Below are positions 37,247 to 47,108 of a stretch of DNA of 57,723 bases, in pieces. Numbering within the stretch: the stretch's first letter is position 1; each line of letters opens with the position of its first letter. The notes below the pieces were generated by a model. It saw only the letters and a list, made by a program, of their open reading frames with translations, was not told the DNA's origin and did not search any database. The position numbers and the translations under genes are program-made. The stretch lies in assembly GCA_964444955.1 (NCBI GenBank), contig CAYUJB010000003.1, positions 1 through 57,723 of the forward strand. Reading direction: 5' to 3'. Source of the DNA: an uncultured Candidatus Saccharibacteria bacterium. GTDB taxonomy: Bacteria > Patescibacteriota > Minisyncoccia > 2-02-FULL-40-12 > GWA2-44-9.

Positions 37247-38975
37247 TCAACCTGAAAAATCAGTTCTCATCATCGAGGATAATTTTTTCATGGCGCAGTT
37301 GTTGAGCGAAAAGATTGGCCACCAGGGATTTTCGGCGGTGCACGCGCAAGATGGCACTACGGGTTTAAAAAAGGCCGACGAGAAAGCTCCGTCGCTCATC
37401 CTGGTAGACATTCCGCTCTCCGGTGAACTCGACGGTATCGCAACACTCACAGCCATTCGTGGCCGCAAGAGTCTCTCTGCATCCCCCGTGCTCATCCTAC
37501 TCAACACCAGTGATGCAAAGGAGATCGAGCAGCTGACAAAATTAGGCTTCACCAACTACCTCGTCAAGGCGGACGCCAATGCCGACGCCATCGTATTGAA
37601 AATTGTTGAGATGGTAACGGGTATCGCGCAGAAAACCACCAAGATCGTCCCGCCGGCTGAAGCGGAAATCGCGGCAACCAGTCGCGTTCCAAAAAAGGCC
37701 GCGGCGCAAAAAGAATCATCTGATGACGGAGCGGCATTTGCGGCGCGTGCAGTCGCGCTCAAGACGGAAGTGGAGGCAATGCTCAAACTACCCGAAACAG
37801 AAATCTCCATCATCAAGCTCGTCGACGACATGATGATCTATGCATTTCTGGCACGGGCTTCTGACGTCCACCTGGAGCCATTCGAAGAAACGCTTGTCGC
37901 GCGCATGCGCATCGACGGCATCCTCAGCGATGAATTTACGTTTGTAAAAAATCTCCACTCGGGCATCATCTCGCGTATCAAAGTGTTAGGTGGCATGCGC
38001 ACCGATGAGCACCAAGCCGCACAAGATGGGCGATTCCAGATGAGTATCCCTGAACTCAACAAGCAGTTCGATGTCCGTGTGAGCATCATCCCTACCTACT
38101 ACGGTGAAAATGGCGTTCTCCGCTTGCTGGCCGAACAAACATCGATTAGCTCACTCGACAATCTCGCATTCACCGATTTTGATCGAGCGCGTATTCGTAA
38201 AGCGGTCAAAACACCCTATGGCATGATTCTCGCAACCGGGCCCACCGGATCTGGGAAAACCACCACGCTCTATACTATTTTGCGCGAGCTCAATACCCGC
38301 GAGGTCTCGGTCATCACCATCGAAGACCCTATCGAGTACTCCCTCGAAGGCGTCGACCAGATTCAGGTTAATGCGCGCACGGGCCTCACGTTTGCCACCG
38401 GATTGCGATCCATTTTACGCCAAGACCCCAACATCATTATGGTAGGAGAAATCCGTGACGAGGAAACCGCCTCCATCGCCATCAATGCTGCACTCACGGG
38501 GCACAAGCTCCTGAGTACCATTCACACCAACGATGCCGCCACCACACTGCCCCGCCTCCTTGATATGGGCATCGAGCCGTTCTTGGTGGCGTCCACGGTG
38601 AACGTTGCCATCGGACAACGTCTCGTGCGCATGATCTGCAATTCCTGCAAAGTACCGCGTCGCATCACGGAAGGTGAATTCAACGCGCTCAAAGAAAATA
38701 TCCCGGAAGCAATTTTGGGAGACCACCATGATTTTTTCCAGGGCAAAGGGTGCGCGATATGCGGCAACACCGGCTATCGAAGCCGCATGGGGATTTATGA
38801 GATACTGGAGATGAACGATTTCATTCGCGAGGCGCTCATGCGGCGCGCCGATGCCGGAGAAATAAAAAAGATCGCTATCAAAAACGGTATGACCACGCTC
38901 CTTGAAGATGGGTTTAAGAAGGCCGTCGAGGGTAGAACGACTATCGAGGAGCTCTTACGCGTTATTCACGAATAA
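37239..38975 (+). CDS. pilB: Type IV pilus/T2SS assembly ATPase (PilB/GspE) with N-terminal receiver domain
   Basis: Receiver (IIEDN...LVDIPL...YLVK) followed by ASDVHLEP, GPTGSGKTTT, MVGEIRD, STIHTND and CxxC...CxxC. Confidence 0.93.
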   Translation: MGSQPEKSVLIIEDNFFMAQLLSEKIGHQGFSAVHAQDGTTGLKKADEKAPSLILVDIPLSGELDGIATLTAIRGRKSLSASPVLILLNTSDAKEIEQLTKLGFTNYLVKADANADAIVLKIVEMVTGIAQKTTKIVPPAEAEIAATSRVPKKAAAQKESSDDGAAFAARAVALKTEVEAMLKLPETEISIIKLVDDMMIYAFLARASDVHLEPFEETLVARMRIDGILSDEFTFVKNLHSGIISRIKVLGGMRTDEHQAAQDGRFQMSIPELNKQFDVRVSIIPTYYGENGVLRLLAEQTSISSLDNLAFTDFDRARIRKAVKTPYGMILATGPTGSGKTTTLYTILRELNTREVSVITIEDPIEYSLEGVDQIQVNARTGLTFATGLRSILRQDPNIIMVGEIRDEETASIAINAALTGHKLLSTIHTNDAATTLPRLLDMGIEPFLVASTVNVAIGQRLVRMICNSCKVPRRITEGEFNALKENIPEAILGDHHDFFQGKGCAICGNTGYRSRMGIYEILEMNDFIREALMRRADAGEIKKIAIKNGMTTLLEDGFKKAVEGRTTIEELLRVIHE

Positions 38976-38991
38976 CTACAAACGGGGGGAT

Positions 38992-40068
38992 ATGAAATGG
39001 TTCGATAAACTTAACGCATACGCATTTCGGCTCACGCTGAAAGATAAGATGCTGTTTGCGCGCCACATGGAGATGATGACGCGCTCGGGTATGCAGGTGC
39101 TCAATGCACTGGAGATCCTTAAAAAACAGACGACGTCCAAGCCGTTCATCAACATGATTGACCAGCTCATCGATGATGTCCGCAATGGCCATTACCTTTC
39201 GGTTGGCATGGAGCGCTACCGCCACGTCTTCGGGGACTTCTTCATCAATCTGATTCGCGTTGGCGAATCATCGGGAACGCTTTCAGAAAACTTTGCATAC
39301 CTTGCCGCTGAACTTGGTAAAAAATCGGAGCTGCAAAAGAAAATCCGCGGCGCTATGGCGTATCCCTTCGTCATTCTTTTTGCGACCTTCGGCATATCAG
39401 GGATTCTTTCATTCTTTATTTTCCCCAAAATCCTCCCCGTCCTCAGAAGCCTCAATAGTGCATTACCACTTTCGACCCGCATCTTCATTGCCATCTCTGA
39501 ATTCATGATTTCGTACGGTATCTATGTATTTCTGGCGATTGTACTTGCAGTGATAGGATTCTTTCTTGCTATCCGCGTTCGCTCCATACGCAAAACGTGG
39601 CACAAGATCATTTTGGCAACGCCGGTCGTCGGTCGCCTTTCGACTGATGTGAATATCATCGGCATCTCACGCACGCTCAATCTTCTGCTTCGCGGAGGCG
39701 TCAAAATTGTTCAAGCACTTGAAATCACGTCTGATACCCTTCCCAATCTGGTCTACCAAGACGAACTGCGCATCATCTCAACCGCCGTTCAGCGTGGCGA
39801 ACCCATGAGCAAATCAATGATCGCCAACGAGCGACTCTTCCCACCTACCTTTAGCCAGATGGCAGCGGTAGGAGAGAACACCGGTAAACTCGATGAGACA
39901 CTGGTGTTCATGGCCGATTTCTATGAAGGAGAGCTCGACAACGCGACAAAAACCATGAGCAACATCCTCGAGCCCGCAATGCTCCTCACCATGGGAGCCA
40001 TTGTTATGTTTGTTGCGATCTCCATCATTACCCCCATCTATTCGGTTACTCAGAACCTTGGCCGATGA
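38992..40068 (+). CDS. pilC: Type IV pilus platform protein PilC/GspF (start revised)
   Basis: VGESSGTL, AMAYP, VGENTGKLD and LEP..L. Confidence 0.93.
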   Translation: MKWFDKLNAYAFRLTLKDKMLFARHMEMMTRSGMQVLNALEILKKQTTSKPFINMIDQLIDDVRNGHYLSVGMERYRHVFGDFFINLIRVGESSGTLSENFAYLAAELGKKSELQKKIRGAMAYPFVILFATFGISGILSFFIFPKILPVLRSLNSALPLSTRIFIAISEFMISYGIYVFLAIVLAVIGFFLAIRVRSIRKTWHKIILATPVVGRLSTDVNIIGISRTLNLLLRGGVKIVQALEITSDTLPNLVYQDELRIISTAVQRGEPMSKSMIANERLFPPTFSQMAAVGENTGKLDETLVFMADFYEGELDNATKTMSNILEPAMLLTMGAIVMFVAISIITPIYSVTQNLGR

Positions 40069-41828
40069 CGTCTTCTTTCCAGCGCGTTCGTGGATTTACA
40101 CTCTTGGAAACCCTCATCGCGATGGGCATATTTTCTATTGTGGCAACCAGTATCTTTTTCGCTTACTCCAACATTCTCGACATCATTATTGCCGTGCAAT
40201 CCAATGACGCTGCGCTGACCGTGTTACGCAATGAATTCGAAATGATTCGAAACATTCCTTACCCCGACGTCGGCATCAGCGGGGGTGCGCCACCAGGATC
40301 GCTGATTGCCACAAAAACGGTAGCGCTCGGATCAGCAGAGTACACCGTCACCACGACAGTTCGAGATGTTGATGATGTATTTGACGGAAGCATCAGCAGC
40401 ACCCCACGCGACGCCATTCCAGGAGACTACAAACTGGTCGATGTCTACGTCACTTGCGACACTTGCAAGCGCTTTGTGCCTGCTCACATGGTGACCACCA
40501 TCGCCCCCATCGGTCTGGAGCGTGCCACGCGAAATGGCTCACTCTTTCTCAATGTTATCGACGCGTCCGGCAACCCAGTAAGTGGAGCTACTCTTGCCAT
40601 TACTAATTCCCTCGTGAATCCCTCAATCTCGATTACCGACTCAACCAACGTCAGTGGCAGTCTCGATTTTGTCGATATTGCAACCAGCAGCGCTGGCTAT
40701 CATATCGTCGTAACAAAAAATGGCTACTCTTCAGACCGCACGTATGCTGTCGGCGACTCGGCAAATCCCAACCCACTCCAACCCGACGCATCAGTTCTCG
40801 AACAAAAAACAACCAAGCTGAGCTTTATCATCGACCAACTCGGCTCGTTTACCTTCAAAACACTGGATAAGTATTGCGCGGCCGTCCCCCAGATTCCCTA
40901 CCAACAGGTGGGATCCAAGCTCATCGGCTACGATCCCGACATCTATAAATACGATGCGCTCCTGACTACGAATAGCTCAGGGATATTTAGCAATACGTCT
41001 CAAGAGTGGGACACCTATGATCTGTATAACCGCTCAACAACCTACGACATCGCGGGCACCGTGCCCTTCATGCCGGTTATCGTAGATCCCGCCAGCAGCT
41101 CGACGCACACTTGGATTATGGAGCCAAAAAATGCCCCCGCGCTACTCGTCTCTATATCCGATGAGGACGAGAGCCCGCTCTCAGGGGCATCAGTACGCCT
41201 CACGGGCCCTAATGTAGACATCACTCGCGTCACCGGGAGAGCATTTATCGATCAGACCGACTGGTCGACATCTGGTGCGTATACCTCCATAACGACGTAT
41301 ATCAACACTACGACGCCCGGCATCATCACCCTGTCTCAAATCAACGGGAAATATGCATCGTCGAGCGATCAAGTACTCACCTCAAAAACGTTCGACCTAG
41401 GCACTACAACGAGCACGCTCTCGACCTTCACTTGGAATCCCACGTCGCAACCGACGAATACAACCTTGAAATTTCAAATTGCCGCCAATAACGACAATGC
41501 GACATGGAACTACGTGGGGCCTGATGGAAAAAGTACCTCATACTTTACTGCCAGTGGGACCACTACGCCCTCGAGCTTGAGCGGAAAAAGATACCTGCGA
41601 TATCAAGCAGTTCTCCGCACCTCCAACCAAACAGTAACACCGAGCCTCCACGATATCGCCATCGAGTTTACTTCAGCGTGCACCGCTCCAGGACAAACGT
41701 ACATTGGCGGACTTCCCACGGGAACCTACACAATAACCACATCAAAGTCAGGATACGAGGACAGTATCGACGCGGTCGACGTAACCCAAGACTGGCAAGA
41801 ATTTCAAGACACACTTATCGCTCAATGA
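40065..41828 (+). CDS. Large pilin-like protein with Ig/carboxypeptidase-regulatory-like repeats
   Basis: Prepilin site RG-FTLLE plus a hydrophobic helix; two repeats of the ..D..G.P.SGA.. type. Confidence 0.82.
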   Translation: MTSSFQRVRGFTLLETLIAMGIFSIVATSIFFAYSNILDIIIAVQSNDAALTVLRNEFEMIRNIPYPDVGISGGAPPGSLIATKTVALGSAEYTVTTTVRDVDDVFDGSISSTPRDAIPGDYKLVDVYVTCDTCKRFVPAHMVTTIAPIGLERATRNGSLFLNVIDASGNPVSGATLAITNSLVNPSISITDSTNVSGSLDFVDIATSSAGYHIVVTKNGYSSDRTYAVGDSANPNPLQPDASVLEQKTTKLSFIIDQLGSFTFKTLDKYCAAVPQIPYQQVGSKLIGYDPDIYKYDALLTTNSSGIFSNTSQEWDTYDLYNRSTTYDIAGTVPFMPVIVDPASSSTHTWIMEPKNAPALLVSISDEDESPLSGASVRLTGPNVDITRVTGRAFIDQTDWSTSGAYTSITTYINTTTPGIITLSQINGKYASSSDQVLTSKTFDLGTTTSTLSTFTWNPTSQPTNTTLKFQIAANNDNATWNYVGPDGKSTSYFTASGTTTPSSLSGKRYLRYQAVLRTSNQTVTPSLHDIAIEFTSACTAPGQTYIGGLPTGTYTITTSKSGYEDSIDAVDVTQDWQEFQDTLIAQ

Positions 41829-42424
41829 AAACCACTGGCTTTACCCTTGTCGAACTTCTCATCTCCATGGCTATCGCCTCCATGATACTGGGTCTTGTGA
41901 CAAAGTTTACGCTCGACATCTCTGGCGCCAGCACTACCTATGGTCAGAGCGTACTCACACACCAAACGGTGGCGCTCGCTGCTAAACGACTCACTGATCA
42001 AATTTCTTCAGCTGCCCAGTCTGCTCAGGGCAGCTATCCGATTCTGAGCGCGTCCCCCACATCTCTTACGCTGTACACCGACATCGATGCCGACAGTGTC
42101 GTTGATCAAGTCCGTTATTTTCTGAGCGGCACCACCCTTCGCATGGGCGTTATCGCTCCGAGCGGAAATCCGCTTGTCTATAACCCATCGTCCGAAAACA
42201 TTAGCGATCTCGTCGATGATATCGTATCGCAACCTGGCGTAGATCTATTCTCCTACTACGACACCACCTACACCGGTAGCCAATCGTCACTCGCGTACCC
42301 CATCGATGTCTCAAAAATCGGTCTCGTTCGCATTACTCTCACTACCGACCGCGATACTACCACCGAACCAGGCCCCCTCACCACATCGCTCGTAATTGAT
42401 ATTCGTAACCTTCGCGCCCAATGA
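41825..42424 (+). CDS. Minor pilin (PilW-like, start revised)
   Basis: MKTTG-FTLVELLISMAI; ATGA overlap with the upstream gene. Confidence 0.85.
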   Translation: MKTTGFTLVELLISMAIASMILGLVTKFTLDISGASTTYGQSVLTHQTVALAAKRLTDQISSAAQSAQGSYPILSASPTSLTLYTDIDADSVVDQVRYFLSGTTLRMGVIAPSGNPLVYNPSSENISDLVDDIVSQPGVDLFSYYDTTYTGSQSSLAYPIDVSKIGLVRITLTTDRDTTTEPGPLTTSLVIDIRNLRAQ

Positions 42425-43869
42425 ACACCCCCTATCATCAACGTGGTCAGCTAACCCTGTATGTGCTCGTGTTCAGCGCCGTCGCCATCACAACGCTTGC
42501 TGGCCTCATCCTCTGGGTCGACTCCAATCTCAAAATTGGCTACCGCTCTATTGATCAAGCTCAGGCGCAGGCAATAGCCGAGGCAGGAATCGAATACGCA
42601 CGGTGGCACTTTGCGCATAGCCCCAACGACTATCAAGACGGCACAGGACACGCGGGACCCTATGTGCATGACTACAAGAATAAAGATGGCGTATCCATCG
42701 GAACATTTTCGCTCGACATCGTCCCTCCAGCCAACGGGTCCACCATCATCACCATCACATCGACTGGCTGGGTCACAGCTGCTCCCACGCTGACCAAAAA
42801 GATTCGCGTGCAACTTGCGCCCGAATCCGTCATCAAGTACGCAGTGCTCGCCAATAGCAATATCAAATTTGAATCAGGCACCGAAATCTTTGGCCCCGTG
42901 CATTCCAACGGTGGCATTCACTTTGATGGCATAGCCCACAACCTCGTCACCAGTGCGCGCTCCACGTACAACGATCCCGATCACTCAGGAGCAAACGAAT
43001 ATGCCGTGCACACACACGCCACAACGACCGATCCTCTGCCGACAGCTCAGCTTCCCGTTCGCAACGATATCTTCATGGGAGGGCGATTATTCCCGGTTCC
43101 ACCGGTGGATTTTGCGGGCATCACCAAAGGCATGGCCCAAATAAAAAGTGCGGCGCAATCGGGAGGAAAATATTTTGGAAAGTCAGGTGCAAAAGGGTAT
43201 CACATCGTGCTCAAAACAAATGGTACATATACCGTGACGAAGGTAAAGAAAACTCTGAAAATACCCAAAGGGTGCAAAAATACGCAACACCAAAAAGGAT
43301 GGGCGACGTGGAGTATCGATTCTGGCAACAGCAGCGAGCAGACCGTTGGTACCTACAATTACCCGGCAAACGGCATTATCTTCTTTGAAGATAATGTGTG
43401 GGTCGATGGTCAGATCAAAAACAATATCCTTACCATCGCGGCCGCGAAGCTTCCTGCAAGTAAAAAGAGTTTTAAGAATATCATCATCAATCACAGCGTG
43501 GCATACACCTACTACGATGGTAGGGATGTGCTGGGGCTGGTCTCACAAGGTGACGTACATGTGGGCATGGCGAGCGATGCGACGCTACGCGTGGACGCTG
43601 CCGTGGTTGCTCAAAATGGTCGCGTGGGACGATACTACTATCGACCCGCTGTTGGATCTAAGACGTATTGCGCCCCCTATGACACGCGCACGAGTATCAC
43701 GTTTAACGGCATGATCGCTACGAACACCAGTTACGGATTTGCGTATACGGATGGGTCTGGCTACCAGAGCCGCACCATTCTCTTTGATGCGCACCTGCAA
43801 TACAACCCACCCCCTACATTCCCGCTGATCTCAACGGACTATCACCAAATCCTGTGGTCACAACTCTAG
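42421..43869 (+). CDS. PilX-like minor pilin with large C-terminal domain
   Basis: QRG-QLTLYVLVF N-terminus and QAQAIAEAGIEYA PilX motif. Confidence 0.8.
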   Translation: MNTPYHQRGQLTLYVLVFSAVAITTLAGLILWVDSNLKIGYRSIDQAQAQAIAEAGIEYARWHFAHSPNDYQDGTGHAGPYVHDYKNKDGVSIGTFSLDIVPPANGSTIITITSTGWVTAAPTLTKKIRVQLAPESVIKYAVLANSNIKFESGTEIFGPVHSNGGIHFDGIAHNLVTSARSTYNDPDHSGANEYAVHTHATTTDPLPTAQLPVRNDIFMGGRLFPVPPVDFAGITKGMAQIKSAAQSGGKYFGKSGAKGYHIVLKTNGTYTVTKVKKTLKIPKGCKNTQHQKGWATWSIDSGNSSEQTVGTYNYPANGIIFFEDNVWVDGQIKNNILTIAAAKLPASKKSFKNIIINHSVAYTYYDGRDVLGLVSQGDVHVGMASDATLRVDAAVVAQNGRVGRYYYRPAVGSKTYCAPYDTRTSITFNGMIATNTSYGFAYTDGSGYQSRTILFDAHLQYNPPPTFPLISTDYHQILWSQL

Positions 43870-44003
43870 TATGGTGCGGTGTGTGGACAATTCGTTTGGC
43901 AATCCCTGGTATACTTAATGAAATCAAGGTCGATAGCTGGGACGCTCCATGCATGGCGCCTCAGTGCACAATGTATTGAAATTTCAACAAACATAAATTA
44001 CCT

Positions 44004-44471
44004 ATGCCCGTAAAAAAAGAAAAAGGACAGAAGGGGTTCACCCTTATCGAAATCCTGGTAGTTATCGGTATCATCGCGATCTTGGCGGCAGTCGTCATCG
44101 TTGCCTTGAATCCGGCTCGTCAGTTCGCGCAAGCTCGCAACACGCAGCGCTGGAGTAACGTCAACACGATTCTCAACGCAGTCGGCCAACGCATGGCAGA
44201 CAACCGTGGAATCTGGAGCTCCACCTGTGGTGCATCTACGGTTGCGCTTCCAGGTGCAGCAGGCAACTGGATTGGTACCGGTGGAACACTCACCGACCTC
44301 GAGGCGTGCATTGTTCCGACCTATGTCTCATCGATGGTGGTTGATCCTTCCACTGATGCAGTCGCATCAGCAGGATACACTGGCTACCGCATTAGCCGAG
44401 CAACGACAGGCCGCATCACCGTCAGCGCACCGCTGGGTGAGCTCGACGAAGTCATCTCGGTTACTCGCTAG
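44004..44471 (+). CDS. Type IV pilin (probable major pilin)
   Basis: KG-FTLIEILVVIGIIAILAAVVIVALNP. Own extended -10 (TG-G-TATACT, 43907-43915) and a downstream terminator. Confidence 0.92.
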   Translation: MPVKKEKGQKGFTLIEILVVIGIIAILAAVVIVALNPARQFAQARNTQRWSNVNTILNAVGQRMADNRGIWSSTCGASTVALPGAAGNWIGTGGTLTDLEACIVPTYVSSMVVDPSTDAVASAGYTGYRISRATTGRITVSAPLGELDEVISVTR

Positions 44472-44544
44472 TTTTTCCCCAGGAGGAATACACAAAGCGC
44501 CCCGACGGGGCGCTTTGTGGTCGTGGTATACTTGGAGATATTCT

Positions 44545-46146
44545 ATGAAGTATTCATTCTTCATTATTCTCGCATCTCTGTGCGCTGCGACAACTGCGCA
44601 GGCGATACTGTTTTCAGAATTCAACCCTGACTACGCACAGGCCATACAGCTTGAAGCTGGAGATACCGTTGATGAGTTTCTTATTCCGCGCAACGACTAC
44701 TTTGGCGGCATCGATTTTTGGGTGAGCAACAACGGAACAGCAGTCACCGCAGTATTCTCACTCAACGATTTTTCTGGAACCACCATCGAGTCGCGTGCCG
44801 TCAGCATTCCCGCTCTTGCCGATTCTGATACCGGCACCCGCTACCACATCGATTTGGCAACACAGATTGCGACACCAGCTGCAACGACCTACAAGATCAC
44901 CCTCCGCCCCAACGGCTATCTGCGTGTATACGCAGCCGATGCGGTGCCACTTTTGACTCACAACGCGACGGTGCCAGCCACATCTACGAATGGAATCGCT
45001 GCTATAAATAACGAGCTACAACTTATTAGTCTCACGCACGCCTTGTACGAAGATCAAGAATCGACGCCACCTCGCATTCGGAGCCATGAAGTTCAGCAGC
45101 CCGCGCCGGCGACTGCCGTAATTGTTTTTGAGACCAATGAGCCCGTGGATCGCCGACTTACCCTTTCCAGTACTCTTGCCGCTGACTGGAGCGGTACATA
45201 TTCATTTTGTGAAACGGGCATCAATACGTGTAGCATCTCGTTAAGCGTAGTCCCCGGCACGACATATACGTACACTCTCAATGTCCGCGATGCGTGGGGA
45301 AATCTCGCCGAAACAACTGGAACCTTCACGGCGATCGGTGGTGACCAGTCCCCAACCACAACCGCCACCCCTACTACGTCCACAATGCCAACGGCATCGC
45401 CCAGCGCAACGCCCACGGCGACCCCACCTCCCGACATCACAGGTCCCACAATTATTAACGCTCGTGTCGTCTCGTTGACGCCACACTCTGCGACGTTCGC
45501 GTGGACGACCAATGAAGCGGCCAACAGCTCAGTCGTTGTTCAGCTACTACCGTACTTCATCAATGCCGGTGCAAATAACGACAGCACATTTGAGCTCGAA
45601 CACCTCGTGTATGTAGACGGACTCACGTCCGACACCCCTTTGCGCGCCACCATCACCTCCTACGACGGGTCGGGTAACTCATCAAAGACAACTATCAATT
45701 TTCTCACTCCCGTAGAGACACCGACTCCCGCAACAACTACTCCGCCCAGCTCCTCCCCAACTCCTGTAGCAACGCCGCACGTACAAGGCGATGGCGACAC
45801 CCAAACACTGCTCCTTCCGCCATCATCAGACGGGTCTGCTGCTTCCAGTTTTCGCGTTGATATCTTTGACTCCTCAAACAGACTCATTAAAACAATCCTC
45901 GTGCCCGCGGGACAAAAAGAAATTGCTCTCAAGGAGCTTGCCCGCAGCGGCAATCGTATTATCGTGTACGAACAAACCGATGGCGTATTCCAAAAAGTAG
46001 CAGCGTCATCGAATCCTCAGAAATCGGCGCCTCGTACACCGCTCATTCTAGGGACACTCTTACTCCTCCTCGGCGGAGCCGTGTATTTCCTGTGGCAACA
46101 GCGTCGCCGCCGCATGACTACCTTACACCCGGACGGATCACAATAA
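44545..46146 (+). CDS. Surface protein: signal peptide, FN3-like domains, Thr/Pro linkers, C-terminal TM plus RRRR (start revised)
   Basis: MKYSFFIILASLCAATTAQA signal peptide; FAWTTNEAANS...DGSGN FN3-like pattern. Confidence 0.75.
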   Translation: MKYSFFIILASLCAATTAQAILFSEFNPDYAQAIQLEAGDTVDEFLIPRNDYFGGIDFWVSNNGTAVTAVFSLNDFSGTTIESRAVSIPALADSDTGTRYHIDLATQIATPAATTYKITLRPNGYLRVYAADAVPLLTHNATVPATSTNGIAAINNELQLISLTHALYEDQESTPPRIRSHEVQQPAPATAVIVFETNEPVDRRLTLSSTLAADWSGTYSFCETGINTCSISLSVVPGTTYTYTLNVRDAWGNLAETTGTFTAIGGDQSPTTTATPTTSTMPTASPSATPTATPPPDITGPTIINARVVSLTPHSATFAWTTNEAANSSVVVQLLPYFINAGANNDSTFELEHLVYVDGLTSDTPLRATITSYDGSGNSSKTTINFLTPVETPTPATTTPPSSSPTPVATPHVQGDGDTQTLLLPPSSDGSAASSFRVDIFDSSNRLIKTILVPAGQKEIALKELARSGNRIIVYEQTDGVFQKVAASSNPQKSAPRTPLILGTLLLLLGGAVYFLWQQRRRRMTTLHPDGSQ

Positions 46147-46663
46147 ATCTATTTTTGAATGCGCGGAGAAATCCCGAGAGCTGCAGGGCGCGTAATCCTT
46201 CGTGTGCAGTCCGCTCTTCAGGGTCACAGAACGAAACAACACCATCGGTAATTCCCGTCACGACAACGATGTGCCCCCCACCACGCTGTGGATCAAGGCC
46301 GGCGTAGACACTGGCGAGCACAGGACCACGATCGAGCTCCGTAGCAAGGAGTGCCCACGCTTCTTCGACGGTCTTGGGTGCTGCACTTTTTGGTCCGAAA
46401 TCAGCATTATAGCCTGTGTATCCAAAATCTTGCGCTAGCCGTACGAGACCTGCATGCGTCCAACCCACACCCTCGAGATATGCACCAAGCGCTGTACCAC
46501 GCTCCAGGAGTGTATCCAGAGCGGGGAGTTGATTGTAAGCGTCATGAGCATGCTCATACGCCATTACCATGTGCAACGACGCGATGCCACACCCACGCGC
46601 GCGCCAGTCGTGGTGCCCTATATCGGTGTACTGCGAAGAGAATGGAACGTCGTAGGATGACAT
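46118..46663 (-). CDS. Peptidase C39-like protein
   Basis: VPFSSQ...GCGIASL, GHIVVV and CDP catalytic triad pattern. Confidence 0.85.
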   Translation of the reverse strand: MSSYDVPFSSQYTDIGHHDWRARGCGIASLHMVMAYEHAHDAYNQLPALDTLLERGTALGAYLEGVGWTHAGLVRLAQDFGYTGYNADFGPKSAAPKTVEEAWALLATELDRGPVLASVYAGLDPQRGGGHIVVVTGITDGVVSFCDPEERTAHEGLRALQLSGFLRAFKNRFIVIRPGVR

Positions 46664-46679
46664 ACAAAGGGAAACTAGG

Positions 46680-46752
46680 TGGACCCTAGCAGGTTCGAAC
46701 TGCTGACCTCCTCATTGCAAATGAGGCGCTCTACCAGCTGAGCTAAGGGCCC
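46680..46752 (-). tRNA. tRNA-Ala(TGC)
   Basis: GGGCCCT/AGGGTCC acceptor with the G3:U70 pair; anticodon arm CCTCA-TTTGCAA-TGAGG. Confidence 0.97.
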
Positions 46753-46818
46753 GGGGAATCAATCTACGACCTCTGTCTTATAGGCACACGCGAGGAGTGC
46801 CGCGGGCATGCGACTAAG

Positions 46819-46890
46819 TGGGCGACGTAGGAATCGAACCTACGACCTCTGTCTTATCAGGACAGCGTTCTACCACTGAACTAGTCGCCC
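46819..46890 (-). tRNA. tRNA-Ile(GAT)
   Basis: GGGCGAC/GTCGCCC acceptor; anticodon arm CTGTC-CTGATAA-GACAG; GGTTCGATTCC T loop. Confidence 0.97.
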
Positions 46891-46943
46891 ATGGAGCATA
46901 CCCGTGGCATCCGAGCAAAGTGCCTAAATTTTGAATTTGCAGA

Positions 46944-46994
46944 ACAGCGCCTGCCTACCGGCAGGCAGGTTCTACCACTGAACTAGTCGCCCAT
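46944..46994 (-). pseudogene. Copy of the tRNA-Ile 5' half interrupted by palindromic element copy 4 (46950-46969)
   Basis: acagcg[cctgcctaccggcaggcagg]ttctaccactgaactagtcgcccat equals 46862-46892 once the 20-bp insert is removed. Confidence 0.85.
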
Positions 46995-47108
46995 TGCCTG
47001 GAAACGAACGACTCATAGTACCAGCATTTTACCCACCTGGCAATAAGCAGGAAACATACGAAAAGTATTGCCAAAATTGACCTGATATGCTATGATTTAC
47101 CAACTACT

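Noticed and set aside
43897-43960. c-di-GMP-I riboswitch before the major pilin (GGCAA...GGGACGC)
   Set aside because: The first half lies upstream of the likely promoter, and the GNRA/receptor and P1 elements are missing.
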